NCBI GenBank assembly: GCA_963575745.1
Contig: CAUYUJ010000003.1
Span: 310,001-374,000, forward strand
From: Prorocentrum cordatum
Lineage: Eukaryota
Length of the DNA stretch: 64,000 nt
Reading direction: 5' to 3'
Position 1 is the first letter of the stretch; each line of letters starts with the position of its first letter. The notes beneath the pieces were generated by a model. It was not told where the DNA came from and made no database searches. It saw nothing but the letters and a program-made list of their open reading frames with translations. The translations under genes were made by a program, and so were the position numbers. This document shows, piece after piece, positions 46,164 through 60,400 of this stretch.

Positions 46164-49100
46164 CTCATGTCGGGCCAGCTCGAGCTCACGCTCCAGGGCG
46201 GCGGCTCGAACATTTGCCTTCTCGAGGGCAGCTGCCTGGAAAGCGGTTGCGTATGATGAGGATGCAGTGAGCACGGCAAGATCGAGCGAGCTGCGAACAC
46301 GAGGGCAATTGTTGCAAGGGCAGGGGACAGAAGGGAACCCTGCTATGGATGATAACGGTCATAAATAAGTCTTGCTGGCCCGGATGCAACTTCCTCCACT
46401 TCCACAACTGCCCTGGAATGCCAGGAACCCAGTTAATCCAACCAGCCCTTTAGGGCGTGAGTGGTTTAGAGAGCTTCCTCTTCAGACCCCTTCTTCGCCT
46501 TCGGGGAAGGGCTTATCATCGTTCCATATTAATATACACCCCCTCCCCAGGCGACCGGCAGCAAACCAGGAACAAGCAGCACACCATGATCACCCCCTAC
46601 CCACCACCCCTGTCAAAAACAAAGCAAAGCGCACTTTGCCTCCACATTTGGAGCATGCGCGGCCAGCCCGATGTGCTCCCCCCCACTGTCCATGCCAAAA
46701 AACAAGACAGAGTATACTTTGGGGCAAAGTCTTGAGTCATGCTCGTGAGGTCCGTGAGCACTTTGAATTATTTTTGACAGGGACGGCGGAGGTGTCAGCA
46801 TATTATCTGCTGTGCGCAGGGCTGCCATCCCTGACTAAAACAAAACAACATGCACCTCGCGGCTAGATCTGGATCATGCGCAGCCAACCCGCAATCACTG
46901 CCGAATGGTTTTTGACAGGGCCTGCGGGGGTGGTGGCGTGTGGCCTGCTGTGCGCAGGCCCACCAGACACAATGATGGGCATTGGTTTTCGACGAGGATG
47001 GTGGGGGCCGACGTGTTTTCCGATGTGTGCTGTCACGTTCGCAGGCGCACCTGACGCACTCTGCACGTGCCCCGAACGTGGCGTAGCTGACGCGTCTGGA
47101 ATATGCGGCACACCTGGCGCACGCAGCGACGGTGGCGCATCTGGCGCACCAGGCGTGCCTGGCACGCTCGTGCCCCAGGGGTGCATGGCGCGCGTGGCGC
47201 GCCTGGCACGCGTGGCGCACCTCGCCCCAGCGTCGCGCACATGGGGCCGGTGTTGGTTCCCAGTAGCTCTCCATCCAAAGACGACCGCTGAACATGCTCA
47301 GGCTCGGGTGTCACTTATGTGTTGGGAGGGCGGGTTGGAGTGAGCTAGACGGCTTGCTATCTAGGAGGGTGCCTTGACCCCCCCCTACCCCCTCCCCCTA
47401 GACCTGGAGGGAGGGGATCGCGAGGGTCAGAGTGTCCCAGATGGCCTCGGCGAGAATGCCGAAATCATTGATTTTAATGTTGGCAGCATGTTGGCCTCCT
47501 GGGAGGGACGGCCTATTAGGGAGCTCCTCTCCGTTGATGTCCTCCAAGATGGGCCAAAGATGGCCCCCGAGACTCCCCAGGACGCCCCAAGACGGAGGTG
47601 CCCAGGACGCCCCAAGAGGCCCCCAAAATGTAGAAAAGAGGCTCCCAAAAGATCCCCACGAGGTCGAGAGGCATCCCAGAGGTACCCAAGACTCCTCAAA
47701 AGACCTCGGCGAGAAGACCAATCTCATAAGATGTTGGCCACATGTTGGCATCCTGTGGGGTGGGGGTCCTAAGGAGCCCCCTCTCTTTTGATCGATCTCC
47801 TCCAAGAAGACGCCAAGCTTGCCCCCGAAGCTCCCAATGCCTCAAGAGAGCCCCGAGAGGTGCCCAGGACGACCCAAGAGGCTCACAAGGGTCCCCCAGA
47901 AGGCCCCAAGAGCCCCCCCAGAGGCACCCAAGACGCCCCAGGAGGCCTCGGTCAAAGGCAGAAATCATGGATTGGATGACATATTTGGCACCATTTGAGG
48001 CTCCTGGCGGGGGACCCTGAGGAGCTCCCTCCTTTGATCGATATCTTCCAAGATAGCCCTGAAAGCTCCAAAAGGCAAGAGGCCCCAAGAGGCCCCCAAG
48101 AGGCACCGCTGACGCTCCCAAGAGACCCCCAAGAGGCCCCTCAGAGGCACCCAAGACGACCCAAGAGGCCCCCCGGACTGCCAATAATCCCCGAAGACGC
48201 CACAAGAGGCATCCAAGAGGCCTGCGGCCTTTCTGCTCGACCTCCTCCTGCCTCTCCTCTTCCTCCTCCTCCTCCTCCTCTTCCTCATCCGCCTAGCCGT
48301 CCTCCTTCCTCCGCCGTCCTCCCCCTTCGCCCTGCTCCTCCTCCTCCTCATCCTCCTCCTCAGCATCATCCTGCTCCATCCTCCCCCCCTCTGGGGTATG
48401 ACGTCTTGCCCAGCCCTTTATTCCACTACCTGCTCATCCGTCCCTGATCAGGGCAACTCGTCTGGGCACCGTGTCAAGATTGGTTGGTGGGGTTGCTCGG
48501 ATCGTCGATAAATATCACTCTTAGTGTTGCCTACTCCTTTGAATGAACATCTGAGCGCCTCGCGGAGTCTGCTTGCACGATGGCGTCTGCGGCTTGCAAT
48601 CGTAACCAGCAGGAACACGTACAGAACCATATTCGCATTGCAACCATATCTGTTACAGAGCACCTTCTAGTCTCCCCCATCGACGCCCTCCTCGTACTTA
48701 TGGCACGATGCGACAATCCCCTCGCTTGCTATGTCATACAAACAATGGCGACATGGAAGGAACTAGCTCCAAGCAAGACCATTGCTATACCTGTCCTTGT
48801 AACACTCCGATGGTTTGACAAATCGTTATTTTGATTGCTTTGCGTGGCTTGCAGGCCGTCGATGTAGGAAAACGACCTACAGCAGACTTCCAAAATAGTG
48901 GGGCATGAACCCACATAATGTAGGTCCGACGAACGCGAGTTCAACTGTGCCCTCTGGAATAGCATACCCGATCAGGCAGTGTTGTTGACGTCTCTGGTGC
49001 TGCTAGAGCTGTTCGCGCTGAAGAGGTACGCCACTGCTTGCAGGCTCATCTTCACCTGCACGGTTAAGTCTGAGCAAGCGGAACTGGATCAAGTGGTAGA

Positions 49101-51720
49101 GGAACAGAAGGAGTTCCGACCGTGCACGCTACATTTGGCCACGACGGGTTCCAGCGCGCACTCGGTTATAGCATGCCGCATGGCCAGGCCCTCAGCGCCT
49201 CCCCACTGTTTTCCGCCTCGCTCAGAATCAACATCACCCGTTTCTCCAGCCCCTGTGATTGCAACTTTCCTCCGTACCTCATGCAGCTTCTGCATGACTG
49301 CGGTCGGGAACTTTTGCTTAGCGTGTCACCGTGGCGGCCCCAGCGACTATGCCCCGCGACCGGATAGAGTATCGCTCCGCTCCGCGGGGCGGGAAACGCG
49401 GAAAAAAGCTGGGGACGTTGACGCCCATTGACCGCGAAGTGGTCAGCGCGTCGCGCCGATGCGTAGTGGGGCAGAACCGGTGGAGCGACACTTTCTACGT
49501 CGCAGCGCGGCAGAGGCAGTCCGCACGCGCGCTCGGGCAAGCCAGGTGACGGCATTGCGAATTACCCGGATGCAAGAATGGAAAAAGGGGGAGGAGCGGC
49601 CGCGGGAGGGGGGGGGGGGGGAAGAGCTAGAGCGCTCACGCGGCGGGGTCCGCTGCCCATCAGAAATACAGAATGACCCTCAAATCCGGGAGCTGCAATC
49701 CTTCCACAAATGGCGTTTTCTCCGGGTTTCGGCCCCTGAGACCCTCACAGATCGATCCAGCTCGAAAAACGACGCAGGAAGATGGGGTCCAGGACTGTGG
49801 TCCCGATTTTCACGATTTTGCAACTTTTTCGCGACTCTCAGGGGAGACCCAGCTGTGAACAGGAGAAGGCATACTACAGAAAGAAAGTGAGCCCTGGGCA
49901 GGTTTGATGTCTGAGGAGTCGTGTGCTCCCCACGCGCGCCAAGGGCGGCGTCTGGCCTGTTCCGCTTCGCCGTGGCTCTTGACTAGCTCATTTTCGAGCT
50001 CGGCGATGCGACTCCTCGCAGTGTGGGACTCGTCCTTGAGCTGCAACACTTGCTCCTCACAAAAACAGAACAGCGCATCGTCAAATCGACATGCCTGCAC
50101 TGTATCCTCTCGATTGTTTCGACCTTCTTCAAATTACTCCTCCACCGCCACATCCCTCAATCCCTCTCTTCCTCCCTCTACCTTCCTCCCACTGTCTTTG
50201 AACGTATTTGCCCTGATTCCCGCTGCGCAACAGTTGAAACAACTGAAACCTGATCCTGTAACGCGACGGACTTGGCCCTTGTCCTCTGACCTTCTGATGC
50301 AACATGTAACTGATTCAAATTCAGCCTCGCGATCAATGCGGACGGCAGCAGAAACAACAGTCGAAACGATGAACAAGAAAATGACGACGCCCCTACACAA
50401 TACCACGACCCTGGGTCTGCTCTGGGTACCCCGGCAAGTAAAGACAGAAATCCAAGGTTGGCGCCGATTTGCATCAATGTCCTGTGAACCCCTGAGTCGG
50501 TCACCTCCACTGGGTCCCAGGCGGGCACCAAGCTGGACCCCAGGCCCCTCCCCCACCAGCCTCCAGGGACGGCTCGGCTTCCCGACGCATTGGGCCCCTC
50601 TCCCAAGGTTCCCCATGACGCCACGGGCCCCTTGGCCGGGCCCCGCCTGACCAGTCCATCCTGGAAAAAGACAGAGACTAAGGGTAGTCTGGCGTGCCGC
50701 TGAAAGCGCCCCCCCAACCAGCCAACATTTACTCATGTGCGCGAAACTATTTCGTCCAAGTGCGTGCGATATTGGAACGACGTCGCCGTGAGCGAAGCCA
50801 TTTCGCCCAAGCCAAACGCGTACGATATTGACACGAAGTCACAACACTACTGGCAAGCCTGTTCACAAGACGAGCGCGTGACGGAACACCAGCAATATCA
50901 TTATGTAAGTAAATCGTGAACGCTATAATCTCTGGTCCACTCCGCAGCAGCAGAGAGCCACGCATAGTATGTGAGCGAGCAGCCCAACGAACTCAAACGT
51001 GCCACTCCAGCGGGCTGCAACACACTCTTGCAGTGGTGGGCGATACGCACATCAGCGGCGGAGACATGGCGACTCGGATCACATGCCACCCCCTGTGAGC
51101 AAGCCTCTCACGAAGGCCCTCCCCCGCGCAGCCTTCGCGGCCTCCAGGCTCTTGGCCAACTCGAGCTCGAGCTCGGCGGCGCGGTCTCTCGCAGCCTCGG
51201 ACTCTTCTCGAAGATGCAACGCCTGCTCCTCGCAGGGCGGCAAGGAACATTACATTTCAACGGCTTGGACTGGTGCACGTCTCGCCCTCCTGCCGCTGCG
51301 CCTTGGTGCCGATGTAGTCGCACACGGCCACCAGAACGTGGGCCAAGAGCATGGGCCCCGTCGCCAGAGGCCCAGGGTCCCGTGGAGATGCCTCAAACCG
51401 AAAAGCACCCCAGGGCGGAGAGCCCACACCGAAGAACACACGAGGGTACCCTCAAAGGAGAGGGAGGGCTCCCGACACTCGTGCAAGAGCTGCACCCCTC
51501 CCCTCTCCCTCTTCCTCCTCCTCGTCCAGCTCCTTGAACTCTCGACACTCCTCCTGCGAGGTTCGCCGAAGGCGAGGCCCCGTCCGGAAACGGCCGCCCC
51601 GTCCCCCAGTCCCTCTCCACCCTCTCCTCCCCGCCGGCGGTTCGCACACACTGACGTAGGAAGTGCCCTCTCTCTCTCTCTCTTTTTTTTTTTTTTTGTT
51701 TTTTTTTTTTTTTTTTTTTT

Positions 51721-51755
<35 letters not shown>

Positions 51756-54700
51756 GAGACCACTGCAAAGCGACGCCCTCCCCGACGAGATTTCACATGT
51801 GGGCGACGATCAACAAGGGGCCTTGCGCGAGATGGCGCAGCAACCCTGCGCGGTGGCTTGCGTGGGCCGCCAGCGCGGCAAGCCACAAGTGGAGACGAGG
51901 GCGCTTACGCGTGACCTTACGCGAACAGCTCACGCGCGAACCACCGCCGTCCTCCGCAGGAGGCGCTCACCCCGCATGCGTGCGCGGAGCGGCGAAAAAT
52001 GGCAATCATGGCATTCCAAGGCGATGGTTTGTGATGTTCATGTTGTTCGTCCAGTATTGTAATATTGTTCGGCACTGGTCCCAAAGTGTACCTTGCATAC
52101 GTGGGACTTGCAGACATTCTAGGATGTCCCTGACGCGAATATAGTGGTAGGTACGTAGATGTGTATGAGCGCCCGACCCGGGGCGAGGGAAGGGCGCGCG
52201 CTGTTTATCTTTGAGTGCAAACAGCTGCGAAACGTAACGCAAATATCAATATTAGCATTCTACATGGGCGCCGCCAACCCTCGGAGGGTTTGGGCGGCGC
52301 CGCAAAAGTTTGGGAGGGGAGCGTTAATATTGATCATGATTCCGTGGTTCGGAGGTAACTCCTGGGAGGCCTGCGTCAGAACGATTACATAAGGATTCCT
52401 GCGACCGCTTGAAGGGCCATTGGGCTGGATCGGGCTGGATGAAACCCGGGATTCAGCCAGGCTGCGTGGGATTGAGTCGGATTGCGCGAGATAGAGCCAG
52501 ACGAAGCGGGATTAGGCCAGATCGGGCAAGATTTCGACCAGGGGTATACCAGCGCCGACTCAGAATTTAACCTCCCAGGAGTTGCATCCGAGTCTGGGGT
52601 GCATTCTTCGTCAATCTCTGAGGGTCGTATGGTGGCCCAGAGCTTCCGTGGGTCCCTGGGGGCCACCAAGGGGATGAGAGATCTACGTGGGGCACTCGCT
52701 TGCAGGCCGATTTCTTGTCTGATGCGTCGGCTGTAGGTCGCCTGACTTCGCGCATCGCGCCCCGCGATACGCGGCTATCTTCGCGCCCTCGCGAGGCCAC
52801 TTTGGAGAAGGGCAGCTTGCTGGCCGAGGCCGCGGCGCACGAAGCGCGATCATTTCCGCGCCCCTGACAATGACATGGATGTCCGCAGGCCCTCTCTTGC
52901 GAATCGACGCTCGTCGACGCTAGACCGACGCTACATCGACGCTAGCCGACGCTAAATCGGCGCTATCTCATCGACTCCCAGACGCTAATCGACGCTAAAG
53001 ACGGCATTCAGATGGTACACCAGGCTCCTACGATTTACTACCGAACGTGCAGTGGGGGGGGGAGGGAGGGGGCCTGGCTCCTGACCTCTGCTTGATGCGA
53101 CTGTTTGCAACAGTGCGTCCTATGGGGGAGACTCCACCTGCTTGAAACAGGCGCCGAAAACAGCCAAGATCTACTCCTTGGGGGGGGGGAGGGAAGGGGT
53201 GCGAGGGCAGGCGCAGATCGGCAAAATAATGAATAAGCAGACGACGACCAGACCCTCGAGCCCTGGCCGTGCGCCTCCTGGAGGACCTGGGCGCTCGGGT
53301 CGGGCTCCCACGGGGTGGCGTGCCCCACTGAGGCCACTCTGGGCGCCGCCCGCCTCGGCCGCCATCCGTGGGAGGGAGCCCCGCTGCGGGCAGACGCGGC
53401 CAAGGTAAGACGAAGCCAGGCCCGAGGTTGAAATCGGGTGAGGATAAATCGAACATTTCTGAGATCCGGCGGCTCTGGAAGACGTCTCGGGCGCCGCGGC
53501 CTTCTCAGAGCGTTCCGGAACGCTCTGAGAGCGTTCCGGAACGCTCTGGAACGGATTCGTCCTCGTCCTAGCCCCGTCCGAGTATGGTTCTGGAATCTTG
53601 TTATTCTTCCCGCGATTCAAAGCGCCGCAACGCACACTGGGAGCACCGCACGAGCCGACCTGCGAGAGAGTGCTCTTCTGGATCCCTGGTGCATCGACCG
53701 CGCGCGAAGGGCCAGCATGCCCACAACCACAGTCAAACTTGAGCACGCCTGTGTGCTTGATATGATGGGGCAACTCCGTGGCTCCTGCTCCTCCGATCCC
53801 CGGGCCGTGCCCGCGCGCCTCCAGTTCCAGCTGTTGGCGTGACTGTGTGCGCGACCCACGCTCAAAACAAGCCACCGTTTCACCCATCTGCACAGTGGCA
53901 ACGAGTGCGACTAGGAGGGAGAGAGAGAGAGAGAGGGAGAGCAGAGCGAGCGGATCCTCCAGCGCAGCAATCGTCGACTGTGCCTTCTCGGCATCTGCTA
54001 AGAGTCGGGACTGCATAGAGTCCAACTTGGCGCCCTTCACCACGGCCTCCTCAGTGGAGATGCTGCAGTGCGAGCATGGATGCAAACGTTATGGATGGCA
54101 ACTGAACCTGTGAACAGACCGACGCTACCGTACGATCAGGTACGATGCCAGCCTACAATACATCTGGTCATACTTGAGACGGTGACCTTAGCGTCAACAT
54201 CGACAGGGATGGCAGGGCAACTGGGAGATGGAGGGGGGCAGATAGAGAGAGGGATAGAGAGAGAGAGAGCATGATACTGCCTGCGAGCGACAACACACGA
54301 GGGACAGCACCGCTGATCGCATGAATGAGACAGCCAGTCGCACTTGCTTAAGCATGCCTGCGCCATCAGCCGAAGCAACAATGGCTGCATCGACTGCATA
54401 GGCAAAACCGATACTTCCTAGATGGCACAGTGTCGCACACAAGATGCAACATTATTGGATGGCCGGGCTCCGAGCTGTGCCAGTGTGTCACAAGCATACC
54501 GTCACTCAACAATTCTCCATGGAGCCCTGCACTCGGCGAACTTGCTCCGATGCCAGCCCCAATGGCGTCCTCCCGATTCTTAGCCAGCTCGTCCTCCAAC
54601 TCCGTGGCGCAGCTCCTCGCTGCCACGGCCTCATCACGAAGACTCGTCACCTGCTCCTGGCGAATGAGGGAGGCATAACGGAGGAGCAACTCCTGACACG

Positions 54701-57382
54701 TGTTTGTCAGAGCTGAGGCTTCTTGATCAAGCAAGCCCTCTCCTCTCTTCCTGCTCCACCTTTTGATCCGCCTGCCCCATCCTGCTCCTTCGCCTGCTCA
54801 GTCTTCCTCTCCTGGCGCGACTACTAGTTTGCCTACCACTTCTTATGAAGTAGACCAACAAGGTGAAGGAAGCAACGCAAGCTGGTCCTGCAGTGCAGCA
54901 GCCTTGGCCCTTGCGTCCTCGGCATCTGCCGAGAGCTGCGTCTGCAACGACTCCAGCTTCGCAGCCATGTCCTTGACCGCCTGCGCAGCGGAGTTACATC
55001 GTTAGGAGTAATGGGGGAACAAGTCCGCCGTCCCTGTCGGCGTGTGGAAGAGGCTGTTCCGTTCGACTCGTCGTCGTCGTCGTGGTCGTTGTCGTCGTCG
55101 AACGCGCCAGCCAAAGCGAAATTGAGCAACGCTGTAGTGGAATCGAAAGGAAGCCCCTTCCCTTTGATCCCGTCCCCGCCAGGGGGGGGGGGAGGCGGGG
55201 AAGTCCTGGGGAAGTCCCGGGTCAGATACGACTCCCCCCTGGCGGTTCGGGGGCCCAGAAAAGCCCAAGACGCAGCAACAATACTCCAAGATGCCCCTAA
55301 GACGGTCCTCGAGGGCCCCGAATCGCCGAAGTATCGGTCCAAGTCGCCAAAGTAGCCTCCAGACGGCTCAAAAGGTTTCCAAAACGTCCCAGGAGGCCTC
55401 CAAGAGGACTTCGAAGAGGGCACCAAGGAACACAACTCATCGATTTCCCTTAGTTGTTTGAAAGATTTCGGCATTCTCGCCTTGTCAACTTCCCGACGCT
55501 CCAAGTCAGGCCAAGAGGCCCCCAAGACTGCCCCAATGTGGCCCAAGAGGGGTCCAAGATAGCCCCAAAACGACCCAAGAGGGCCCCAAGACCGTCCAAG
55601 AGGCCTCCAAGACAATCGAAGAGGCTCCCAAGACGGTTGTAAGAGGGAGCCCAGACGGGGTACCCGAACGGACATTTCGAGCCCTCGGCTTGAGACGCTC
55701 TCAGAAGACCCCGAGAGGCCCCTAAAAAGCCCCCCAAGAAGCCCCAAGAGGCCCCCATGAGACCCCCAGGAAGCCCCAAGAGGCCCCATCGAGGCTCCCA
55801 AGCGGCCCCCAAGAGCTTCCCAAGAGGCCCCCAAACTACCCCCAGGAGGCCCTCGAGAGCTTCGTCGTTGTGGTCGTGGTTGTCGCCGCCATGCAGGGTC
55901 GGCGGCAGTGGCCGTAGGCCTTCGCAATAACAACCAACATTCCAAACCAGCTATCAGAACCTCGCGGTCGTTCTTCCACAACATGGGTCCCACTCAGGCT
56001 CAGCAACGGCTCTGAGGATAGCTTCGGCATCCGCTCGACATAAAATCAACGGAAGAGTGATGGATGCCGTGACGAGCCCCCCACCCTGGAGGCTCCAAGC
56101 TGGCCGCCTGCCCACGTCTTGCAACGAGGCGAGCGGGCTGTCACGCAAGCGACCGTTTCGCTAGGGTTCTGTCAAGCAGCTCCCTGGAATCTGTGTGGGG
56201 GTGGAACGGGGGGCACCAAAGCAGTACATGAACTTCGGTTTCGGTCCGTGTCGTGCAGGGCGTACTTGCGAAGCAAATCTGTGCGAGCGGGCAAGCGTGG
56301 TTGGTAACCAATCGTACCTGGGGTTGAGATGCATGCTTCCGCTTCCGGCGCCGACCGATAGCGGGAGAGGGTCGCCCCACGCTTGTCCTGCGGCTTGAAC
56401 GTGGAAAAGATAAAGAAAGAGAGCTGTAGGAAGGCAACAGCAAATTTACACAAGGAGGAGTGCATGCGCACGTTGTGCAAGCAGCCTGTCCTTCCCCAAA
56501 CGACCAACTCGACGCACAAACAACTTCTGCATGAGTGCGACGCACTGACGCGCACATGTCCTACCATGCGCGTGCCCATTCCAAAAAAACGCATTCGACC
56601 ATCCCCAGGACATCCAAGGGCAAAACCCTACATGAGACTCACTGCCGTGCCCCTCACCCGCCCAAACAAAAAACTTAAGTCCTCTCGGCTCTTGGCTAAC
56701 TCATCCTCGAGCTCGGCGACGCGTCCCATTGCAGTTTCGGACTCGTCCCGAAACTTCGACGTTTGCTCCTGAAAGATCATGTCATACTGAACGAGCATAT
56801 GACAGGACAGGCCCGTCAGTGAAAATGTCTGCTCATCCTTACAGATGTGCCAATGTCGACGACGTCATATCGCCCTTCACACGTTCCTGATCAAAGTCCT
56901 CGTTATCCTCACCACCGCCTTCTCCACCTCCTCCTCCTCCCATCCTCGCCTCCTCTGCCAATAGTTCACTCCCCTATCGGTGCTTGCACTGAAGAGGTCC
57001 TCGCAGAGGTTGTAAGGATTGGTGGAAGTGTGTAGTCTCCAATGTGCGAGTTGTCTCCTTGGTGCGAGTTCCTAATTCCAAAATTCCGAGTGTGCTAATC
57101 CCAGGTCTTGGGCTCTGGGCAATCTAAGGATTTACCGAAAGTGTGCCACAGAATTCGGTTGGCGGCCGGGTTGCCACGTTACTGATTCTAGGAGTTGGTG
57201 AACAAATTCTCATCGGTTCCTGTGGGCGGAAAGGGGTCCGAGGTTCTCGAAGCAGAACACACAGAGAACACACGTCAGCCTGGGCCGAAGGATCATAGTC
57301 CCCCCCGCCCCAGATGGGATGGGTCCCAGGGTTCCACAGACCACGCCCCCGATGGGATATGGGGGGCACGACGACGACGACC

Positions 57383-57416
<34 letters not shown>

Positions 57417-60400
57417 AGACGCCGACGCCGACGCCGACGACGACGGAAGACGACAACGATGACGACGGAAGACGACGATGAAGATCTACCCCACTCCCAC
57501 AAGGAGGGGGGAGGGAATCACCGGCACCCTCCACCACGCCACGCCCACAGTGCCACGACCACAGGTGCGGGGGGTCGGAGCGATCCCATTCGCGAGGCAT
57601 TCGCGAGGCTCACGTACCCCTCCAGCGGGGTGGGGCTTCGGCCCCATATGCAATGGGGGGTCATTCTTGGATCATATAGAATGGAACTACTAATAGAAAC
57701 TTGGCGGATCACAAGAAGTAGAGCCATTATAAGCAGGAAGGAGACGAGAGGGAACATAGAGTAGAGGGAAAATGGTATCGACGATTTGGTGAATAGAGAA
57801 CAGAGAACATGAAGCAGACTGCAGAGGAGTACACAGGCGAGAACGCGGAGGCGAGAATAGAGTAGAGGGGGAGACCGCATAGAGTGGAGAGTAGCCGGTT
57901 GAGGGCAGAGATCCAATGTAGAGAAGGAGAGCACAGAGTAGATAATACTTCAGAAAACAAAAACAATAGAAGACCGAACAGAGAGAACCACACCCGTCAT
58001 CATGTGCTCTAGCCCAGTACATCGGGCTGCCTTGACATGGTACGCACGATCAGCTGATTGAGATCCCTGTGGTATACTGGGTGCCCGTCCATGGGACAAT
58101 TATACGACACGCACCTTCGGCCCATGTTGCAATGGGGGACACCAAAGCGGGTCATCCAATGCAATAACCTTGGCCCTTGCCCCTCGGCATCTGCTGACAG
58201 CCGCGACTGCGACGATTCCAGCTACGCACCCTCGGCCTCGCGCGTCTTTGCGGCGGAACAACGACGTTTGGGGCCGATGACAATTCATAGACTGGGCCGA
58301 CCAAAATTACGTTCACCAATGCCAGACGCTTCCACGGAACACGAACCTTTAGCGGCGCTCGCAAGGGCAGCCTCGACATTCACACTATAGGGGAGAGCGG
58401 CCACAATACACATGTTGCATATGGGGAGGATCCACAGAACAATACATACATACCTGGCACCCCGGAAGTGCGGATAAGAGTGAGGGGGCGGGCGCGGCCG
58501 ACGCGGCCGTCGAGGCGGCGGACTTCCTGGCCCTCGCCTTATACTCCTCTTCCTCCTCCTCTTGGTCCTACTCCTCCTCCTGTCTGGGGTGGGTCGCGGG
58601 TTGATCGCGGGTGGGTTGCGGGTGGGTCGTCGGGTGGGTCGCGGGTGGGTCGCGGGGTGGGTCGCGGGTGCGTCGCGGTGTGTATCGCGGGGTGGGTCGC
58701 GAGTGGGGTCGCGGGGTGGGTCGCGGGGTGGGTCGTGGGCGGGCGGGTCGCGGGGTGGGTCGCGGGTGGGTCGCGGGTGCGTCGCGGGTGGGTCGCGGGT
58801 GGGTCGCGGGTGGGTCGCGGGTGCGTCGCGGGGTGGGTCGCGGATGGGTCGAGGGTGGGACGACGACAGCAAAACAAGACAACAAGAACCCACACCGCGG
58901 GAACCCACTTCGACCATACGCCCGGGGACAGTGTAAGACCGTTCGGCCCCTTCACTCTGGTACATCCGCCACCGTGGCTTTGGGCACGGAGGGGGCGTGC
59001 CCTCAGGTCCCTTGCCTGATCCTCTGAGCCTCAATCCTCACTCCTGGGGCGTCTTTAAAGGGCCCAGACCTCAAATTCTCAAATCTACCGGGGCTTCCCG
59101 CGTGCCCCCTGGGCTCCAGGAAATGTTCCCGCATGATTTTTCCGGGCCCGAAAAAGCCCCAAGACGGGCCAAGATGGCCGCAAGAATCCTCCAACACTGT
59201 CCAAGAGGGCGCCGAGTCGCCGAACGATCGCTCCAAGACGCTCAAGATGACCCCCAGGCGGCCCAAGAGGCTTCCAAGACGCCCAATGAGGCCCTCAAGA
59301 GGCCTTCCAAGAGGGCCCCCAAAGGCCCCAAAGTTTACAAGGATTTGAGCGTTCTCGCCTTTTCGGCATCTCGACGCTCCTAGGACCTAGGAGGCCCCCA
59401 AGATCGCCCCAAGACAGCACAAGAGGCCTCCAAGAGGGCCCAAAGACGGCCTAAGGTAGCCCCAAGACGGCCCAGGAGGGCCCCAAGACGGCCCAAAAAG
59501 AGGCGCAAGAGAGGGAACCCGAACCGAACATCCGAGCCTTCCGCCCCAAGAGGCCCCCAGGAGGCCCCAAGAGGCGGCCAGGAGGCTCCACGAGGCACCC
59601 GAAGAGGCCGCAACATATTTTCAAGAGGCCCAATAGAGGCCCCAAGAGGCCATCAAACGGCCCCAGGGAGGCGCCCAAACTGCCTCCAAGAGGCCCCCCA
59701 CGAGATCCCAACGAACATCCAATAGGTTTCACACCCACAACCCATGCACGGTGACAGGATGAGCCAACCATTCTATGTCTGTATATATCCGCCGATCTGG
59801 CGTGTGAGTTACAAGGATCCTCGGCAAGAGCTTCAGCTCTGAGCCTAAGCAAGAGCTTCAGCTCTGCTTTGGGGGGGTCGCCAGGGTGGCTCTGCCGGGA
59901 AAGGGGGGGGAGGGGGGGCGGCCCCCCATTTGTTTTTTCCATGATTTGCGCATCCGGATCCCCCCCGGGAAGGGGGGGAGAGGCGGTCCCCCATCTGGCG
60001 TTTTCTTAATGGCTTGCACATCCCCAAGATGTTTCGGGGGTCCCAAGGGCGCCCTTCAGATCTAGCCGCTACCGCCCCCAGGACCCTCCCCTCGGAACCC
60101 TCCCCGGACCCCCCCCCGGGACCGCTCCAGGCACCCCCCCAGAGGAGAAGAAAGAGGACCGGAAGAATCGAGGAGGGAGGAGGCCACAGAGCCGCGAAGA
60201 TCACCGAAGCCGGAGCCCCCCGGATCGGCGGCACTGGCCGGAGGCCATTACAGTATATGTATATATACACATAGATACGTATGCATAAATATACATCGAG
60301 AACAAGAGAGAGAGAGAGGGATATGAACAGCGCGACAGATCGCCAGAGGCCGAAGTGAAGCATGGAACCGTCCATTGTCACCATTACGTTTGGGATGGGC

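Noticed and set aside
56968..58395. Inverted pair CTCCCCTAT..GTG flanking the broken exon, read as transposon TIRs
   Set aside because: The match is only ~13 bp, imperfect, and has no TSD.
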